Source: the human T2T-CHM13v2.0 reference genome, Homo sapiens. From it: a stretch of 64,000 bases of DNA. Within the stretch, counting starts at the first letter, position 1. Every line of letters starts with the position of its first letter. The notes beneath the pieces were generated by a model. The model had not been told where the DNA came from and made no database searches. It saw nothing but the letters and a program-made list of their open reading frames with translations. The stretch is taken from the NCBI RefSeq assembly GCF_009914755.1, contig NC_060926.1; one strand, given 5' to 3'. Below, piece after piece: positions 61,270-64,000 of this stretch. Made by a program: the position numbers and the translations under genes.

Positions 61270-61770
61270 GAATGTGCATCACCCAGAGCGTTGCTCGGAG
61301 TGCAATGAATGGAAGGAACCTCCTGCCAAATCCTAGGCTTGCGCTGCATAAAAGCCATTCAGTACAGCCTGTTTGGAAGAGCTTTAAGTTGCAGGTCCAG
61401 CCTCTCACCCTCGGCAAAATCCCATCCAAGGAAGACCTCATGAATGCAGATATAGGGGAAGGCCTTCTACCACAGAGACCTCCTCATTCAGCACTGGAAT
61501 AAATGTTCACCAGAGACCCAGTCCTTATGAGTGCAGCCAGTGTGAGGAAACCTTCAGCCAAGGGCCCCACCTCACTCTGCACTAGAAAGTTCTGGCTGGA
61601 GGAGGACCTTAGGTGTGCAGGGAATGTGCACTGTCCTTGTTTGACTTAACAGCGCATGCCAGAGAGGAGATCTGAGAGCAGAGCCTTTGTGGGGATGGCC
61701 TTGAGAGCAGCCTTTGTGGGGATAGCCTTAGCCAGAAGTTGAACTTCTGTTCACATGTCCACATTGGGTG
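61270..61770 (+). pseudogene. Decayed C2H2 zinc-finger gene exon, 3' part
   Basis: SPYECSQCEETFSQGPHLTLH*KVLAGGGP*VCREC from 61520; further RPHEC/GKAF-like remnants at ~61430-61500. Confidence 0.75.
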
Positions 61771-63379
61771 CTGCTCATGCATGGTGCTGGGTCTGTGGGA
61801 AGCTTGCAGGAGCTACATGGCATATTCCAGCCTGCCCAGAGCCCTTGCCAGAGTCATATCACTGTCCTCCTCTACCAGCTGCCGGGGACTCCTGAGCCAC
61901 CCCACTATGCTCTTTCCAGTCCCTTGAGGGAAACCCACGTAGCCTGAGCCCCCATTCCCTTCTCCCTGATTGGATGGATGGGGCGTGGACATGACCTAGC
62001 TTCGGCTAAGGGGACCTTAGCCAGGGTCTTTTTGTGGCTCACAGGGACGGTTTACATTTTTTCATGGATGTTGCTGGCCTCATATGACTCTGGGTGGATT
62101 TGTCTGGCTTCCACCTCAAACTTCTAAGGGAACTGCCTGCCTCATTAGGCTACCTTTAACTTGGGGGTTTTTGTTTATTATGTGGAGTGGCTGAGAACAG
62201 AACTGGGATCTGCCATCATTGGAGGTAGGGATGGGGTGTGGAGGCAATAGGATACAGGGAAGAGCTCTCAGTCCATTTGGCTGAAGTTTGTTGCGTAAGA
62301 CCTGGGAATGACTGAAGGGCTCTGTGTGCAGCTCAGTGCTGTGGCCTGGATGGATGTCAGGATTGTTTCTGGGCCCAGGCCACCCTGAGGAGAGAGTGGT
62401 TGGTAGGACAGTCCCAGCACGTCTTGGGGCATCCTGAGCTTGGTCCCTTGTATCCAGGGATGTGTCTCACACATTCCAGTTCCGTGTGGGGAAGCTTTTC
62501 CCTGGGACTGCCAGGAGCCAGGTGCCCTAAAGTGCAGAAGCTGGTGGGCGGTGTCATTGATGGTAAGACTTGCTGGGGCCACGTAGGAGTCATAGTGCAG
62601 GAATACTAGGTCTGAATAGTTGGGAGTGGGGGAGACTGCAGCAAACCTAGGGGAGGTGCCCCTTCTAACCGGGCATTCACACATGTTCAGTAGCTGCTCT
62701 GTGAGATGACAGTGCACAGAAATGCTGAGGACCTCCAGACCTGTGTCCCACAGCCACTCTCATGGGCAGAGCGAATAATCGAAAGCAGCCTAGTCCAGGG
62801 TGGAGAAGTTCACTGGGTTGCCCTGGGCCAGGGCTTCATGTTTGGTAGGGTGAAGCTGTGGGCAGGAAATTACTTGCTGGGATGCCAAAGAAATTTGCGG
62901 GACAGCTGCTTGCAGGGCATGCTTTTGGACTTGCTGGGAAGCTGGAGCAGGCTGGGCTCCCGGGGAATGCTGGGCGGCTGCCTGTGGGGCAGCTGAACTT
63001 TTTGGGAGGCCTGGGACAGCCGCAGAACTCAGCCAGGATGCTCCGTGTTGGGTGCTGCTGAAACCTGCTGGAGGTAAACTCCACTGGCGTCCCACATACC
63101 CGCGAGTGCCAAGGGAGTCGGAAGGAAAGCACAGTGGAACTAGGAAGAGAAACCCCTTCCTCTTACCAGTGTCCCTCCAGAGCCGCCCACTGACAGGCTC
63201 ATCAGCCCTGTGCCAGCTGGCAAGGAAGGTGTGCTCCTGGATCCCGGCAGAGCACTGGGGAATGATCTGCAGGCTGGAGGAGGAGGCGTGTCATGTGCTT
63301 GAAGCAGTGTTGCAGGCTTCTTCCTCAGGGGACCCAGCCTTACTTTCAAGAATCTTGGCCTGTGAATTGAGCTAGGTCT

Positions 63380-64000
63380 GGGAACTGGGAGAGAGGCTGT
63401 TGCTATCCACAGCTGTGACTCAAGTCAGATTTTTGGCTCCCAGACCTAAGGTTTTCTGCTTTATTCCGTCAGTCAGTCCTCTTGTATTCCTAGGGATATC
63501 ATGTTCAATTAGCCACTGGCAAAGAGCCCTGCGGACCAGGGTGTTTTGATCCCCAGCGTGTGTCTGCTCCCTCCCTTGGCAGACGCAGCCGCCTGGTCTT
63601 TGCTGGTCAAGTCCTGGCATTTGGCCTCTGCTCCTTTGGAACCCTATCATCCCCATTGAAATCAGAGAGCCCAGCTCAGTGGCAGTGTCCCTGCCATCGC
63701 ACCTGCCTGCCAAAGAGAGCAGTTGCAAAGCTTCTCAGGGATGCAGGTGCTCCCAGGCATTTCTCAGTGCCCAAGTGAAAGTGAGAGTGCTTTGGAGCCT
63801 TCTTGCAGTGTGTAGTTGAGAGAGAGGTGTGCGGGTCACACATGTTAAACCCAGTCCAATGGTCCCATCTCCCTACGCCTCTGGAATCCCTCCTCCATGC
63901 TGGGAAAGCTCTAGCATCTCAACCTTGTTAAGTGTAGGTCATTTCTGAGTTCAAGTTTCAGTCAAACAATCAAATAAGCAGTTAGAGCCATGTGGCTTGT
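63380..64000 (-). mobile_element. ERVL internal (gag) fragment
   Basis: ORF 63420-63728(-) ATELGSLISMGMIGFQRSRGQMPGLDQQRPGG...QNTLVRRALCQWLIEHDIPR resembles HERVL gag as recalled. Confidence 0.7.

Overview
Primate, almost certainly human, genomic DNA matching the TRAF3IP1-ASB1 locus (2q37.3). The locus identity is recognised from the translated exons, not from a database search. The window holds the last two coding exons and 3'UTR of TRAF3IP1/IFT54 (+) and the complete five-exon ASB1 gene (+). The ASB1 CDS splices to 1008 nt (335 aa, ankyrin repeats plus SOCS box), with a CpG-island promoter and a ~5.7 kb 3'UTR. Also present are many Alu, L1, LTR and Tigger1 elements, a U6 retrocopy and three VNTRs. 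Most ORFs in the six-frame track are spurious. I found no convincing new multi-gene system. The most unusual items are: (1) a 44-bp VNTR that amplifies a TRAF3IP1 exon end and splice donor; (2) a non-canonical GC donor on the in-frame-skippable ASB1 exon 3; (3) a 29-bp VNTR downstream of ASB1 carrying ten perfect p53 half-sites alternating with paired hypoxia-element cores; (4) a decayed C2H2-ZNF gene split by nested L1/THE1 insertions; (5) a very old, non-mammalian-type L1 RT fossil in ASB1 intron 3; and (6) a ~250-bp imperfect palindrome. Repeat subfamily calls are by eye and approximate.
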